Shown here: positions 47,736 to 61,455 of the stretch, piece by piece
How positions within the stretch are numbered: the stretch's first letter is position 1
Layout of the letters: every line of letters begins with the position of its first letter
Assembly (NCBI RefSeq): GCF_011386835.1
Contig: NC_088791.1
Location: 4,278,001-4,342,000, forward strand
Direction of reading: 5' to 3'
Source of the DNA: Chrysemys picta bellii
Taxonomy: Eukaryota
Length of the DNA: 64,000 nucleotides
Notes under the pieces: model-generated
Seen by the model: the letters and a program-made list of their open reading frames with translations, nothing else
What the model was told of the DNA's origin: nothing
The model's database searches: none
Translations under genes and position numbers: made by a program

Positions 47736-50700
47736 CACGGTTACCTGTGCTGATCAGCTCTGCGTGGTTACCTGTGCTCTCCACGCTGAGCAAACAGGAA
47801 ATGAAATTCAAACGTTCGCGGGTCTTTTCCTGTCTACCTGGTCAGTGCATCTGAGTTGAGAGTGCTGTCCATAGCGGTCACAATGAAGCACTGTGGGATA
47901 GCTCCCAGAGGCCAATAACGTCCAATTCCGTCCACACTACCCCAATTCCGACCCGCAAAGGCTGATTTTATCGCTAATCCCCTCGTCGAAGGTGGTGTAA
48001 AGAAACCGGTTTAAAGGGCCCCTTAAGTCGAAAGAAAGGGCTTCGTCGTGTGAACGTATCCAGGCTTAATTAGATTTAACGCTGCTAAAGTCGACCTAAA
48101 CCCGTAGTGTAGACCAGGCCTCAGACTGGGCTTACTCAGCCGGCTCCCATTCCCCTTTGCTGATCGGAGCTGGCATGACAGAGGCCTGGCTCACAGTGAG
48201 TTTTGAGTACTCAGTTCTTTAGAAAAAAGGGGCCTGTAGCCTCCCATTGAAGCAAACCGGAGCTGTTCATGCTCAATGGTTTTTGATAAGAGGCCTCAAG
48301 TTTTCCTGAGTTGTGCATCACATTAGGGGGATCGAAACCTGGAGGACACTTTTGGCCAAGAGATATGGAAGCCGTTGGTGATATGAAGAGATAATGAATG
48401 GAAGAGCAATTAAACCAGAAGACCAAGAGTATGAGGTAGTACATATTTGAATGTGAAATAAAGTGGAGTCAAAAATTGCCGAATAATAAAAGAAAAAGAA
48501 AAAGGAAAAAGAAGCAGAGTAGCAAGACTACATCTCCCTGGTTTCATGAAGGGCCGTGTCCTATCCCCAGCTCCGGAGTGGTGTATTTCTCACACAGTTC
48601 TCTTACTTCTTTATAGCAGTTGCAGAGTTTGACAATCAAGTCTGTCTGCCACCATTGTTAATTACCCTCTGGTCAGACCCTGGCTGTGCTGCAGGGATGC
48701 TGCGGGTTGGACACGTGCTCTGGTCGTTCCCACACGCCCTCAGGCTCTAGGTGGCAGGACCCTTCTTCCCAGCATCAGGCCCCCGTCAGGGTTCTGATCC
48801 CTGTCTTGGCTGGTGGCATCTGCCCAGGGTCCCCCCCACTCTCCCCAGCTGCTCAACGCACCCGGCTCCGGACGGCTCCAGCCCCAGCCCCAGCCCCAGC
48901 CCCAGCCCCAGCCCCACTCTGCCTGAGATCGGCTGTGGCTCTGCTCAGCTCAGCTCTGCCTGCTGCTCTCGCAGCTGCAGCTCACACAGCGAAATGGGAC
49001 CCCGGACTCCTGACTCCCTCATTAGCTTGCCGTGCTGTCAATCAGACTAACCTGCAGGGTTGGCCTCGCCCCATTGCCCCTGAGGACTGTCAGTTTTAGG
49101 ATCCTGATTCCCCATTGGCCCTTCCCCTTTCTGTTGGTACTGGGAGAGGGCCATAAATAAAACCCACCAAGTTTTAGTAAGGGGCCAACATTCCCCTGAC
49201 ATCTACTGACAGACACACAAGTCAGTCCAGCATGACAAGGCCATGCTTTGGTTTGTAAACCTCAGAGAGTCACCAGCACTTGGTGATGAACAAACAAAAC
49301 TGGGGTTTTTTAATCAAAACAAACCACAAACCCCCATCTCCTCCCCTCGTGCAAATCTGCGGTGTTCCACTGACCTCAATGGAGCTATATTAACTTACAC
49401 CAGACGAGGATCTGCACCTGGAATTACTTCTTCCTATGAGAAGGTAGCAGTTGCCAGGCTGCAGGAGACGAGTGGCCCATCTAATGCAGTATCCTGTCTC
49501 AATGAGTGTGAGTCACCAGGTGCTTCACAGGAAACCAGAACAACAATAAATTAACCTTTATAGAGGAAACTTGGGGAGTTTCTTCATAAATCCTAAATTA
49601 AAAATTGGGGGTGAGATTTTTCAGTGCTCCTTACGGGATATGAATGCTCAAGTTCCAACTAAAATTAATAGGCTCTAATGTCCCTAATGCATGTCTTGCT
49701 CTGAAAATCCAGGGATTAACTTCTAAACAATGAAGAAACCGAGGCCTGCACCTCGATACGAGAAAAAAATTGAAAAAACCTCAAACCCTTTCCACTCTTT
49801 AGAATCACAGAGTGTCTGTGCAATATTCAGTCCTAAATTAGTGCAGTTCAGCAGCAGTGATGAGCCTGGGGTGATAATCACTACGATTGGTTTTATTGCT
49901 GACTCTCCCACTTGCTCCCTGTGTAACCTTCACCTCAATGTGCTTGTTCACCTCCACATAAGCCAGATCTCATAGTGATATTATGCTCGATGATCAGAGG
50001 CTTCCGCAAATCCAAGGACTTCAAAGCACTGCAGCCTCAGTAAAGCTGTGTGTGTGTGCATAGGGCGGTGTTATTTTAATAGCAGAATTTTTCTGTGGGA
50101 TTAGCTGCTCCCAAATTATGGATTAGGATTCAAGGGTTCTCACAACAATTTTTTTGGTGGCCTTCACCGAGAACCTGTCCTGGGGATGGTGGACTGGGAA
50201 CTCACCGGGTGCCTGCAGAGTCCCAGGCTCCCTGTGTCCCATCCAGGAGGGAGCACGGGAGCGGCCCAACAACCAAATGATGCACCCATGTCCACTGACA
50301 AGATCTGCATCACGTGCTGTGCCCATTGTCCCCACATGTCTCCAGAGGTGCTACCCGGAGCCCCCGAGGAAGCTGTGAGGTGCAGGACCCCGACCCCTGC
50401 TGGCAATTCCACTACAAACACCAATGCGGAGCATCTTTCGTAACAGCTACTCAGTAACAACCGGTGGGCGCTGCCAGAAGGGGCTGCTGCTTTGCACCCC
50501 CAGAATCCCGCCCATGCTATTGAGGTTGACGTAGCTGCAAAAAAATCCACTGGTGGCCTCCTTTGCGAAACGCTGGATTAAACAAATCCATGTTAAGGTT
50601 TCTGAGGTTATGCCAATAGTCAGTGGACGATTCCCAGCCTCCGAATTTGGGGCTGTTTGATTTTCATTCAGGAAAGCTTTGCATTTCCCTTTCTTAGTAA

Positions 50701-51105
50701 CCATTCCTTTACAGAGCTCAAGAGGCAGATACTGAGCCACTGGACATCAGTACAGCTCCACAGACTGCAATGACGTTCTGGGCTTACAACTGAGGGAAGC
50801 ATTTAGTGCTGCTCGGGCTAGAAGAAATCCTGGTGGGGTGTATTTTCATTCTAATTGTGGCTGAAAAGCGTGGTGTGGGAGACGGGTCTTGCAGAATGCA
50901 CTAGGTTGGTCAAACTTCCAATGAATCCAGTCTCATCCCACAGCTCTCTGATGGTTGAAGAAGGTATCCTTAACTGTCAGCGTTGTGCTTCTTCCTTTTC
51001 TTCATTAGCTGAAGTCTCTCACAAGACAGAGTTCTCTTGGCTGCTCATGGGTGGAGATGCAGTACCTGATGTTTCCCATTGGTTTCCCTATACGTTGGCT
51101 TTGAG

Positions 51106-51632
51106 CACGGGTGGCGGGTTGCATAGGCAGGGGCAGGTTTTGCCTCCCCAAACAGACAAGGGTGACCCCGCCCCCTTCCACGACACTCTCTACGTACAAT
51201 TGCTGCTCCAGTCCTCCCAGCTCCCAGTCCAGCCCCCCAGTGCTCTGGAGTTGAAGCCGCTCCCCACCCACATTCCTGCGCACCAGGGCTGGGGAGGCTG
51301 GGGCCGCTCCCCACCCACCGTTCCGCACTCAAGGGCTTGGGCAGCTCGCCGCATGGCCTCCCGCTCTCTGTGGCTGGGACAGTGCGCTGCCCACCTTCCC
51401 TCCCTTGGCTGGGGAGGCAGAGGCTGCGCACCTCCGCCCTCCCGCCACTCCTTTGGGTCTGGGGGCCTAGCCGCGGAACTGGGTCAATGGCCACAGTGGT
51501 GGGGGGCAGCTCTCAGCTTGGGGAGGTGGGAATTGGCTCCTGCAGGGCCTCGGGCGGAAGTGGAGGGCCCTTGGTGGAAGGGGCGGGCCAAGGGGTAGCC
51601 TCTCCCAGTCAGAGGTTCACACATCCCTCCTG
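51106..51632. mobile_element. GC-rich hAT-like MITE copy
   Basis: Paralogue of 18952-19477. Confidence 0.55.
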
Positions 51633-52250
51633 CCTCTGAGCACCAGGGGGTGGAGGTGCCGAGTATGGATAGAGAGAGGAACTCCCAATAGAGACATGCA
51701 CTCCCAAGAAGGTTTCTCTAACCCGGGCTAGCTAAAGTGGTTTCCTTCAATTGGAAGTTCATGGAACTGTTCCCTTTTACACTGGTTCAGTGTCTACCCT
51801 TACACTTCAAAATACATATAATAGGGAGATGAAAGGTATATGGAATGAAAATCAAAGAGCCCCAATGTCAAAGGCTAGGACTCACAAACTGAGCACTGGA
51901 ATGACATCTGTGACCTTGACATGCATTTTTAAAGTAAATCTAATCTTCCGTGTTGGAACATCTAATCCCAGTAATAAGTTATTACTACTTTAGTAATTCA
52001 TCTCTTGGGCTGCATAACACTTGATGAGTGTTTGTGAAGTGCTTTGAAATGCTTAGATCGGAGGATGCCTCAGACAATCCACCCTGAAAGTTACAATTAT
52101 ACCTGTTTGCCACAGAGGTAAATTGAGGCACATTCAGGTGAGGGTCAGACAGGGAGCGACTGGCAGAGTCAGAAATGTCCCCCAATTTAATATTTAAAAA
52201 GCTACTGCAACCTTGGAAAATTGACAGACTTGTAATTCCTTTGGAGAACT

Positions 52251-52463
52251 GTATCAGAGGGGTAGCCGTGTTAGTCTGAATCTGTAAAAAGCAACAGAGG
52301 GTCCTGTGGCACCTCTGAGACTAACAGAAGTACTGGGAGCATAAGCTTTCGTGGGTCAGAACCTCACTTCTTGCATCTGAAGAAGTGAGGTTCTGACCCA
52401 CGAAAGCTTATGCTCCCAGTACTTCTGTTAGTCTCAAAGGTGCCACAGGACCCTCTGTTGCTT
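52251..52463. mobile_element. Penelope pLTR hairpin insertion, copy 2
   Basis: Duplicate of 20096-20308 with the same TSD. Confidence 0.85.
52373..52413 (+). ncRNA. Minimal type I hammerhead ribozyme motif
   Basis: Same as 20218-20258. Confidence 0.7.
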
Positions 52464-52560
52464 TTTGGAGAACTATTATCCTCAAAGAAATGCAGTTGCC
52501 CTGTACAATTTTAAGATAAAGACAGCTGAAAATTGCAACGTGCATGTCACACGTTGGAAC

Positions 52561-54839
52561 TAAGAACATAAAAACGTAAGAATGGCCGTACCGGGTCAGA
52601 CCAAAGATCCATCTCGCCCAGTATACTGTCTACCGACAATGGCCAATGTCAGGTGCGCCAGAGGGAGTGTACCAACAGGCAATGATCAAGTGATCTCTCT
52701 CCTGCCATCCAGCTCCATCCTCTGACAAACAGAGGCTAGAGACACCATTCCTTACCCATCCTGGCTAATAGTCATTAATGTACTTAACCACCATGAATTT
52801 ATCCAGTTCTCTTTTAAACGCTGTTATAGTCCTAGCCTTCACTACCTCCTCAGGTAAGGAGTTCCACAAGTTGACTGTGCGCTGCATGAAGAAGAACTTC
52901 CTTTTATTTGTTTTAAACCTGCTACCTATTAATTTAATTTGATGACCCCTAGTTCTTGTATTATGGGAATAAGTAAATAACTTTTCCGTATGCACTTTCT
53001 CCACATCACTCATGATTTTATATACCTTGATCATATCCCCCTTAGTCTCCCCTTTTCCAAGCTGAAAAGTCCTAGCCTCTTTAATCTCTCCTCTTATGGG
53101 ACCCTGTCCAAACCCCTAATCATTTTAGTTGCCCTTTTCTGAACCTTTTCTAGTGCCAGTATATCTTTTTTGAGATGAGGAGACCACATCTGTAGGCAGT
53201 ATTCGAGATGAGGGCGTACCATCGATTTATATAAGGGGAATCATATATTCCCAGTCATATTCTCTATCCCCTTTTTAATGATCCCTAACATCCTGTTTGC
53301 TTTTTTGACCGCCTCTGCACACTGCGCGGACGTCTTCAGAGAACTATCCACGATGACTCCAAGATCTTTTTCCTGACTTGTTGTAGCTAAATTAGCCCTC
53401 TCCATTCTGAGACTTTACCATTTATTCCTACCCTTTGTTCCCGGTCTTTTAACCAATCCATGAAAGGGCCTTCCCTTTTATCCCATGACAACTTAATTTA
53501 TGTAAGAGCCTTTGGTGAGGGACCTTGTCAAAGGCTTTCTGGAAATCTAAGTACACTATGTCCACTGGATCCCCCTTGTCCACATGTTTTATTCTTTTAT
53601 TCTTTACTATTGTTTCGACTAATTTGCCCGGTACCGACGTTAGACTTACCGGTCTGTAATTGCCGGGATCACCTCTAGAGCCCTTTTTAAATATTGGCAT
53701 TACATTACCTATCTTCCAGTCGTTGGGTACAGAAGCCGATTTAAAGGACAGGTTACAAACCCTAGTTAATAGTTCTGCAATTTCACATTTGAGTTCTTTC
53801 AGAAATCTTGGGTGAATGCCATCTGGTCCCGGTGACTTGTTACTGTTAAGTTTATCCATTAATTCCAAAACCTCCTCTAGTGACACTTCAATCTGTGACA
53901 GTTCCTCAGATTTGTCACCTACAAAAGCCGGCTCAGGTTTGGGAATCTCCCTAACATCCTCAGCCGTGAAGACTGAAGCGAAGAATTCGTTTAGTTTCTT
54001 CGCAATGACTTTATCGTCTTTAAGCGCTCCTTTTCTATCTCTATCATCGAGGGGCCCCACTGGTTGTTTAGCAGGCTTCCTGCTTCTGATGTACTTAAAA
54101 GCCATTTTGTTATTACCTTCGGAGTTTTGGGCTATCCATTTTTCAAACTCCTCTTTGGCTTTTCTTATTACATTCTTGTACTTAATTTGACAGCGTTTTA
54201 TGCTCCTTTCTATTTGCCTCACTAGGATTTGACTTCCACTTTTTAAAGGAAGTCATTTTATCTCTCACTGCTTGTTTTACATGGTTGTTAAGCCACGGTG
54301 GCTCTTTTTTAGTTCTTTTACTGTGTTTCTTAATTTGAAGTTGGGCCTCTATTATGGTGCCTTTAAAAAGCGCCCATGCAGCTTGCAGGGATTTCACTCT
54401 AGTCACTGTACCTTTTAACTTCTGGTTAACTAACCCCCTCATTTTTGCATTGTTCCCCCTTTTGAAATTAAATGCCACAGTGTTGGGCTGTTGAGATGTT
54501 CTTCCCACCACAGGGATGTTGAACGCTATTGTATTATGGTCACTGTTTCCAAGCGGTTCTGCAATTATTACCTCTTGAACCAGCTTCTGCGCTCCACTCA
54601 GGACTAAATCTAGAGTTGTCTCTCCCCTTGTGGGTTCCCGTACCAGCTGCTCCAAGAAGCAGTCATTTAAAGTATTGAGAAATTTTGTCTCTGCATTTCG
54701 TCCTGAGGTGACATGTTCCCAGTCCATATGGGGATAATTGAAATCCCCCACTATTATTGACTTCTTAATTTTGATAGCCTCTCTAATTTCCCTTAGCATT
54801 TCATCATCACTATCACTGTCCTGGTCAGGTGGTCGATAA
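52561..54839 (-). mobile_element. CR1 LINE, copy 2 (extra deletions and frameshifts)
   Basis: Same truncation point and RT deletion as copy 1, plus further deletions near 53460, 53590 and 54335. Confidence 0.92.
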
Positions 54840-55579
54840 CACTGCTCTACAGCCAAAATGCTTCTGAAATAAATGTAGTCAAACTTTACTAATTCTGGGT
54901 CACTGAGAATGAAAATGATGCTTAAAATTGTTGATTGGCTCTAGTTTTCAAGATATGCAATTGGGTCAGTATATAGGACCCTTGACTTGGGAATGGCGGA
55001 GGATAAGTGAGTTATAAAGGGAAGGGATCTCAATTTAAACCAGAAATGACGAAAATACATCTTTGCCTGGATCTATGAATAAATCTATGACTGGGTTTGG
55101 ACAGTACTTGCCTTTTAGGCAAAACTATGAATGATGCAATCTGAAGCTGGTATTGCGTCATACATGATATGAATTGCATCATGTTATTCCTAGAAGTCAT
55201 GGATGATGCAATCATAAGGAAGCTTCCATCACTCTGCTGAACAAATTGCCCTCTATCAGCTCTAGAAATCATACAGTGTCGTGCTCTCTTATTTGCCAGT
55301 GTTTGATTTTGCAAAGGGACACATTTCTGTTTAGCCAAAGTGAGCAGAGATGCCTCGTACTTGTGTGAACAGTGCAGATAACTTCTGCTATGTTTGTGGT
55401 GAAGTGACTTTTGCATCACAAAAGCGCAGTATAACCACTATGGTTAAGAAAGCCTATCACCTTTATTTTGGGTGCAAAATTGGAGATCAGGACAAGAGGT
55501 GGGCCCCACACATATGCTGCAACACTTGTGCAACAAATCTTCGCCAGTGGTTGAACAGGAAAAGGAAATCTATGCCTTG
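54840..55579 (+). mobile_element. Chapaev3-like fragment, copy 2 (shorter)
   Basis: ORF 55350-55580 matches copy 1 up to RKRKSMP, then is deleted. Confidence 0.6.
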
Positions 55580-56750
55580 AAAGTTACAATTATACCTGTT
55601 TGCCACAGAGGTAAATTGAGGCACATTCAGGTGAGGGTCAGACAGGGAGTGACTGGCAGAGTCAGAAATATACCCCAATTTAATATTTAAAAAGCAACTG
55701 CAACCTTGGAAAATTGACAGACTTGTAATTCCTTTGGAGAACTATTATCCTCAAGTATAAAAAAGCCACAGTGCAAGTAGATCACAATATTAGCCAGCTT
55801 TTTATTGTTGATCCTGAGATCCAAGGATGCACAAAATTTTAACCAGACATGTTACTAACCTTGTCTTGTAACACCGTGTAACACGGATCAACCTAGACCT
55901 CAGCCTGTGGTCAGAAGTATCGGGTTGTATTTCTGTTTCTGCAACTGACCCCCATATGACCTTCACCTCAACATGCCTCTTTTTTTAGGCCTATCAAACG
56001 TAAAGAGTACGGATGTTAAAGCTGGAAGGTCTTCAGTGTCCTTAGACCTCAAGATTTCAAAAAAAGAAAAAGGAGAAAGAAATAGAGAAGCAAGACTACA
56101 TTTCCACGGTTTCATGAACGACTATATCCTATCCCCTGCTCCAATGTGGTGTATTTCTCACATTTTTCTCTTACTCCTTTATAGCAGTTGTAGAGTTTGC
56201 CACTATTTTTAATTACTTGTCTCACCTGGTCAGTCTCAACTAAAACAAAACACAATAAAAGCAGAGGTTCAAAGAGCTTCTCTGTTATGCAGCTCGTTAG
56301 AAAGATAAAAAGCAGAAAGAAACGGTCCATATTCATGGCTAGGAGATCACTTAACCTAATTCTCATTGACACGAAATCCTTTTGACGGTGCTCTAATATG
56401 AGAAAGAGGCATTCAAGTCAGGGTAGATGTAGGTAACGTAGACGTTATGGCTCCTGCTTCATTTGCACTTTAGAGCGTGGTGTAAAATCCATCCTGTAGT
56501 TGAGAATCAGACCCACTGAGTTTATAATAGAGGAAGCCCATAGCTAGGAAGGCGTTCGAGGATACCCATATAGGGTAACATGGGAAACATTGGGAATGTT
56601 TGCAGAGGTGGTGATGAAATGCAGCTCTCTCATTATTTCACACTGAGTTGGGTGTAGTCAACACTTCTCAAAGCCAGGCCTGTGCGATCAGACGTGAATC
56701 TGTATCTTGCCGTTCATTTCTTGCTGTTCCTATGCATATGCCTGCTCGAT

Positions 56751-57154
56751 TTAGCATGGCCCACAGGTTCCATTAAGGTACCGATAACCCCTTCAGAAAC
56801 CCCCCTAACCCTATTTTCTCCCACAACTATATGGCCCCTTTATCCACAGAGGCCCTCCTGCCCATATTGGCCCCCATAAGCGTATAATCTCCCATAATCA
56901 CTGGGTCATCGGTTACAGTGTAATCCTCCATAACTTGATAAGCCTCTATCACCACCTCCAACGTCAATGGCACCCCAGGATTCCACTCTGTTTTCCTGAG
57001 GGAAAGATCTGAGAATTGCTCCTGGGAAGGTCATGACAGCCGGTGGGGGTTGGATCAGTGCTATAGAGTCAGGGCACTGCCTTACGTCTGGCTTGTGGCA
57101 GCTGTTGTGCATGCTTTGTGAAATGTCGCTCCACACGTTTGTGAATCAAGACAT
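56751..57154 (-). pseudogene. Decayed CBP paralogue (psiB, arm A4)
   Basis: Inverted copy sharing the codon-3 TGA with the A2 copy. Confidence 0.85.
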
Positions 57155-58312
57155 CTTTCTGCCATGGAGATAAACCTAAAACACACAGCAGGTACGGCAG
57201 TAAACATAAGGTACATGGGGGCCACTTTTCTTTTCCTTACGTCAACCTGGTCACTTAAAGTCTCAGACAGATGCTTACTGTGAACCATGTGATTGGGCTT
57301 CTTGAAACCAAAGAAAAACGTACATTCTTAAAATGAAAATCTGTCTCGTCTTTACAGGGAAAGACTATTTGCTAAACCATGTAATGCAAGGAGGAATTCC
57401 ACCTGGGTACTCAGGGCCTGCGGAATGCTGTCACCCAATGTAAGAGCCGGATTATCCTATCACAGCAGGGCTTTGGAAGGTGCAACTGGTAAAGTTCCCG
57501 GTGCTGCTGGCTCCACGGGGAGGAATTTCGTCCAGTGCAATTTTTAAAAAAGGACAAAGAAACAAAGAGAACCAGAGGACTGATATTTTGATGCAGCAGA
57601 GTTTTTAATGCAAATGAAATTGGCAGTACACAGTTGCAGGAAGAAATACTACAGAGCGGAAAAAAATGTATTTCCAGTGTTTCAAGAAGGGCTCTGACCC
57701 ATCACCTGCGTCAATGGGATGTATTTCACACAAGATGTTCTTTGTGCTTTGTTGCAGTTCCAGAGGTTGACAAACAAGTCCCCTTTTGAAACCATTTTAA
57801 GTTCTATTTTTTTAACACCAGTCAGGTGTGAAATGAGACAAAGGAATATAGAAGCAGAGACTACACAACTTCTCCATTAGACATGTGAAGTAGCAAAGGT
57901 TAAAGTGAGTTGCTCAAGGTACGTATTGATAGAAAGGATAGAACATGTAGGGCCTAATTCTCCTTGAGAGTGATCATGAATGTAAATGATGCCTATCTTA
58001 AGGCCCCTGTTTCCTTCACACTGCAGGGTCAATGTAAACAGCCTGTGTGTAGTTTGGAATGAGTCCACAAAAGAAATAGAGACTCAGCACTTGGTTGGGA
58101 AAGCCTTGGCAGAAAGACTCATAAAGCGTAACAGTAGAAATGCAGCATGGCTATCAGCCCAAGGTGCTGAGCGCACACAGCTCCCACCGAGTTCAACTGG
58201 AGCCATGTTTGCACAGCACTTCTGAAAGCCAGGCCCAAAAGATCAGGGGTGAATCTGTATCTTGCTGTTCATTTCCTGGTTCTTCCTTCTTCCATGAATA
58301 TTCCTGGTGAGT

Positions 58313-58473
58313 TTAACATGGCCCACTGCTTCCACTGAAGTACCTATGGCAAGATACCCCGGAACCACTTAATCCCCCATAACCATAAAGGCCCGGGTAG
58401 CCACAGTGTCCCCCATATCCCCATAATCCCCCATAACCATAAAGGCCTGGGTAACCGCAGTGTCCCCCATTTC
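58313..58473 (-). pseudogene. 5'-deleted CBP4 (last 161 nt of CDS plus 3' UTR only)
   Basis: Matches CBP2 27376-27536, then switches abruptly at 58473/58474 to unrelated module sequence; promoter, exon 1, ATG and core box are absent. Confidence 0.9.
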
Positions 58474-58912
58474 AGTAAAGCTTTGCATTTCCCTTTCTTA
58501 GTAAACATTCCTTTACAGAGCTCAAGAGACAGATACTGAGCCACTGGACATCAGTACAGCTCCACAGACTGCAATGACGTTCTCGGTTTACAACTGAGGG
58601 AAGCATTTAGTGCTGCTCGGGCTAGAAGAAATCCTGGTGGGGGTGTATTTTCCACTTTAAAAATTGTTCTAATTGTGGCTGAAAAGCGTTATGTGGGAGA
58701 AGGGTCTTGCAGAATGCTCTAGGTTAGTCAAACTTCCAATGAATCCAGTCTCATCGCACAGCTCTCTGAAGGTTGAAGAAGGTATCCTTAACTGTCAGCG
58801 TTGTGCTTCTTCCTTTTCTTCATTAGCTGAACTCTCACAAGATACAGTTCTCTTGGCTGCTCATGGGTGGAGATGCAGTACCTGATGTTTCCCATTGGCC
58901 TTGCGTTTTGAG

Positions 58913-59404
58913 CACGGGTGGCGGGTTGCATAGGTAGGGGGAGGTTTTCCCTCCCCAAACAGACAAGCGTTACCCGACCATCTTCCGCGACACTCCAAAC
59001 GTACAGTTGCTGCTCCAGTTCTACTAGCTCCAAGTCTAGCCTCCCAGTACTCTGAGGGCTGGGGCCGCTCCCCACCCGCCTTCCCGTGCCCCAGGGCTGG
59101 GGAGGCTGGGGCCGCTTGCCACCCACGCTCCCGCGCTTCGTGGCTGGGACTGCGCGCTGCCCACCTTTCCTTACACCTGCCTAGGCTGGCTGAGCCCGCA
59201 CACTTCCACCCTCCCGGCACTCCTTTGGGTCTGGGGTGATAGCCTTGGAAGTGGATCGGTGGTCGCAGTGGTGGGGGGCAGCTCTCTGCTTGGGGGGGCA
59301 GGAATTGGCTCCTGCAGGGCCTCGGGTGGAAGTGGAGGGCCCTTGGTGGAAGGGGCGGGGCAAGGGGTAGCCTCTCCCAATCAGAGGTTCACACATCACC
59401 CATG
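58913..59404. mobile_element. GC-rich hAT-like MITE copy (variant type)
   Basis: Closest to the reverse complement of 30305-30796. Confidence 0.55.
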
Positions 59405-61455
59405 GCTCTGAGCACCAGGGGGTTGAGATGCCGAGTATGGATATAGAGAGGAACTCCCAATAGAGAGATGCACTCCCAATAAGGTTTCTCGAACCCGGGC
59501 TAGCTAAAGTGCATTCCTTCAATTGGAAGTTCATGGAACTGTTCCCTTTTACACTGGTTCAGTATCTACCCTTACACTTCAAAATATATATAATAGGGAG
59601 ATGAAAGGTTTATGGAATGAAAATCAAAGAGCCCCAATGTCAAAGGCTAGGACTCCCAAACTGAGCACTGGAATGACATCTGTGACCTTGACATGCATTT
59701 TTAAAGTAAATCTAATCTTCTGTGTTGGAACATCTAATTCCAGTAATAAGTTATTACTACTTTAGTAATTCATCTTTTGGGCTACATAACACTTGATGAG
59801 TGTTTGTGAAATGTTTTTGAATTGCTTAGATTGGAGGAAGCCTCAGACAATCCACCCTGAAAGTTACAATTATATCTGCTTGCCACAGAGGTAAATGGAG
59901 GCACATTCAGGTGAAGGTTAGACAGGGAGCTATTGACAGAGTCAGAAATATACCCCAATTTAATATTTAAAAACCAACTGCAACCTTGGAAAATTGACAG
60001 ACTTGTAATTCCTTTGGAGAACTATTATCCTCAAGTATAAAAAAGCCACAGTTCAAGTAGATCACAAAATTAGCCAGATTTTTATTCTTGACGATGAGAT
60101 CCAAGGATGCAAAAAATTTTTAACCAGACTTGTTACTAACCTTGTCTTTTAACACAGTGGGAGTGTAACAGGGTGCAGCTTCTGCCCCCACAAACCAGCC
60201 AGAAACCTCTGAACAAACAAAACTGGGGTTTTTTAATCAAAACAAACCACAAACCCCCATCTCCTCCCCTCGTGTAAATCTGCAGTGTTCCACTGACCTC
60301 AATGGAGCTATATTAACTTACACCAGACGAGGATCTGCACCTGGAATTACTTCTTCCTATGAGAAGATAGCAGTTGCCAGGCTGCAGGAGACGAGTGGCC
60401 CATCTAATGCAGTATCCTGTCTCAATGAGTATGAGTCACCAGGTGCTTCACAGGAAAGCAGAAGAACAATAAATTAGTCCTTTATAAGGGAAACTTGGGG
60501 AGTTTCTTCATAAATCCTAAATTAATTGGGGGTGAGATTTTTCAGTGCTCCCTACGGGATATGGATGCTCAAGTTCCAACTAAAATTAATAGGCTCTAAT
60601 GTCTGCAGTTCAGCAGCAGTGATGAGCCTGGGGTGATAATCACTATGATTGAGCTGCCTCACGTGCCGCGGACACGGACCCCACATGTCTCCAGAGGTGC
60701 TGCCCGGAGCCCCCGAGGAAGCTGTGAGGTGCAGGACCCCGACCCCTGCTGGCAATTCCACTACACACAACAATGCGGCGCATCTTTCGTAAGAGCTACT
60801 CAGTAACAACAGGTGGGCGCTGCCAGAAGGGGCTGCTGCTTTGCACCCCCACAATCCCGCCCATGCCCTTGAGACTGACGTAGCTGCAAAAAAATCCACT
60901 GGTGGCCTCCTTTGAGAAACGCTGGATTAAACAAATCCATGTTAAGGTTTCTCAGGTTATGTTAATAGTCAGTGGATGATTCCCAGCCTCCGAATTTGGG
61001 GCTGTTTGATTTTCATTCAGTAAAGCTTTGCATTTCCCTTTCTAGGTAAACATTCCTTTACAGAGCTCAAGAGGCAGATACTGAGCCACTGGACATCAGT
61101 ACAGCTCCACAGACTGCAATGACGTTCTGGGCTTACAACTGAGGGAAGCATTTAGTGCTGCTCGGGCTAGAAGAAATCCTGGTGGGGGTGTATTTTCATT
61201 CTAATTGTGGCTGAAAAGCGTGGTGTGGGAGACGGGTCTTGCAGAATGCACTAGGTTGGTCAGACTTCCAATGAATCCAGTCTCATCCCACAGCTCTCTG
61301 ATGGTTGAAGAAGGTATCCTTAACCGTCAGCGTTGTGCTTCTTCCTTTTCTTCATTAGCTGAAGTCTCTCACAAGACAGAGTTCTCTTGGCTGCTCATGA
61401 GTGGAGATGCAGTACCTGATGTTTCCCATTGGTTTCCCTATACGTTGGCTTTGAG

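Larger units (their letters stand above)
43197..48120 (+). mobile_element. Full-length PIF/Harbinger, copy 2 (4924 bp)
   Basis: Same TIRs, TCA TSD and same flanking sequence as copy 1, so it was duplicated with the segment and is not an independent insertion. Confidence 0.93.
42910..48180 (-). mobile_element. Solo LTR interrupted by Harbinger copy 2
   Basis: Duplicate of 10775-16038. Confidence 0.6.
33743..58473 (+). repeat. Tandem segmental duplication, copy 2
   Basis: Same order of CBP, psiB, LTR/Harbinger, module, Penelope hairpin, CR1, Chapaev-like fragment and inverted arm; differs by indels. Confidence 0.92.
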
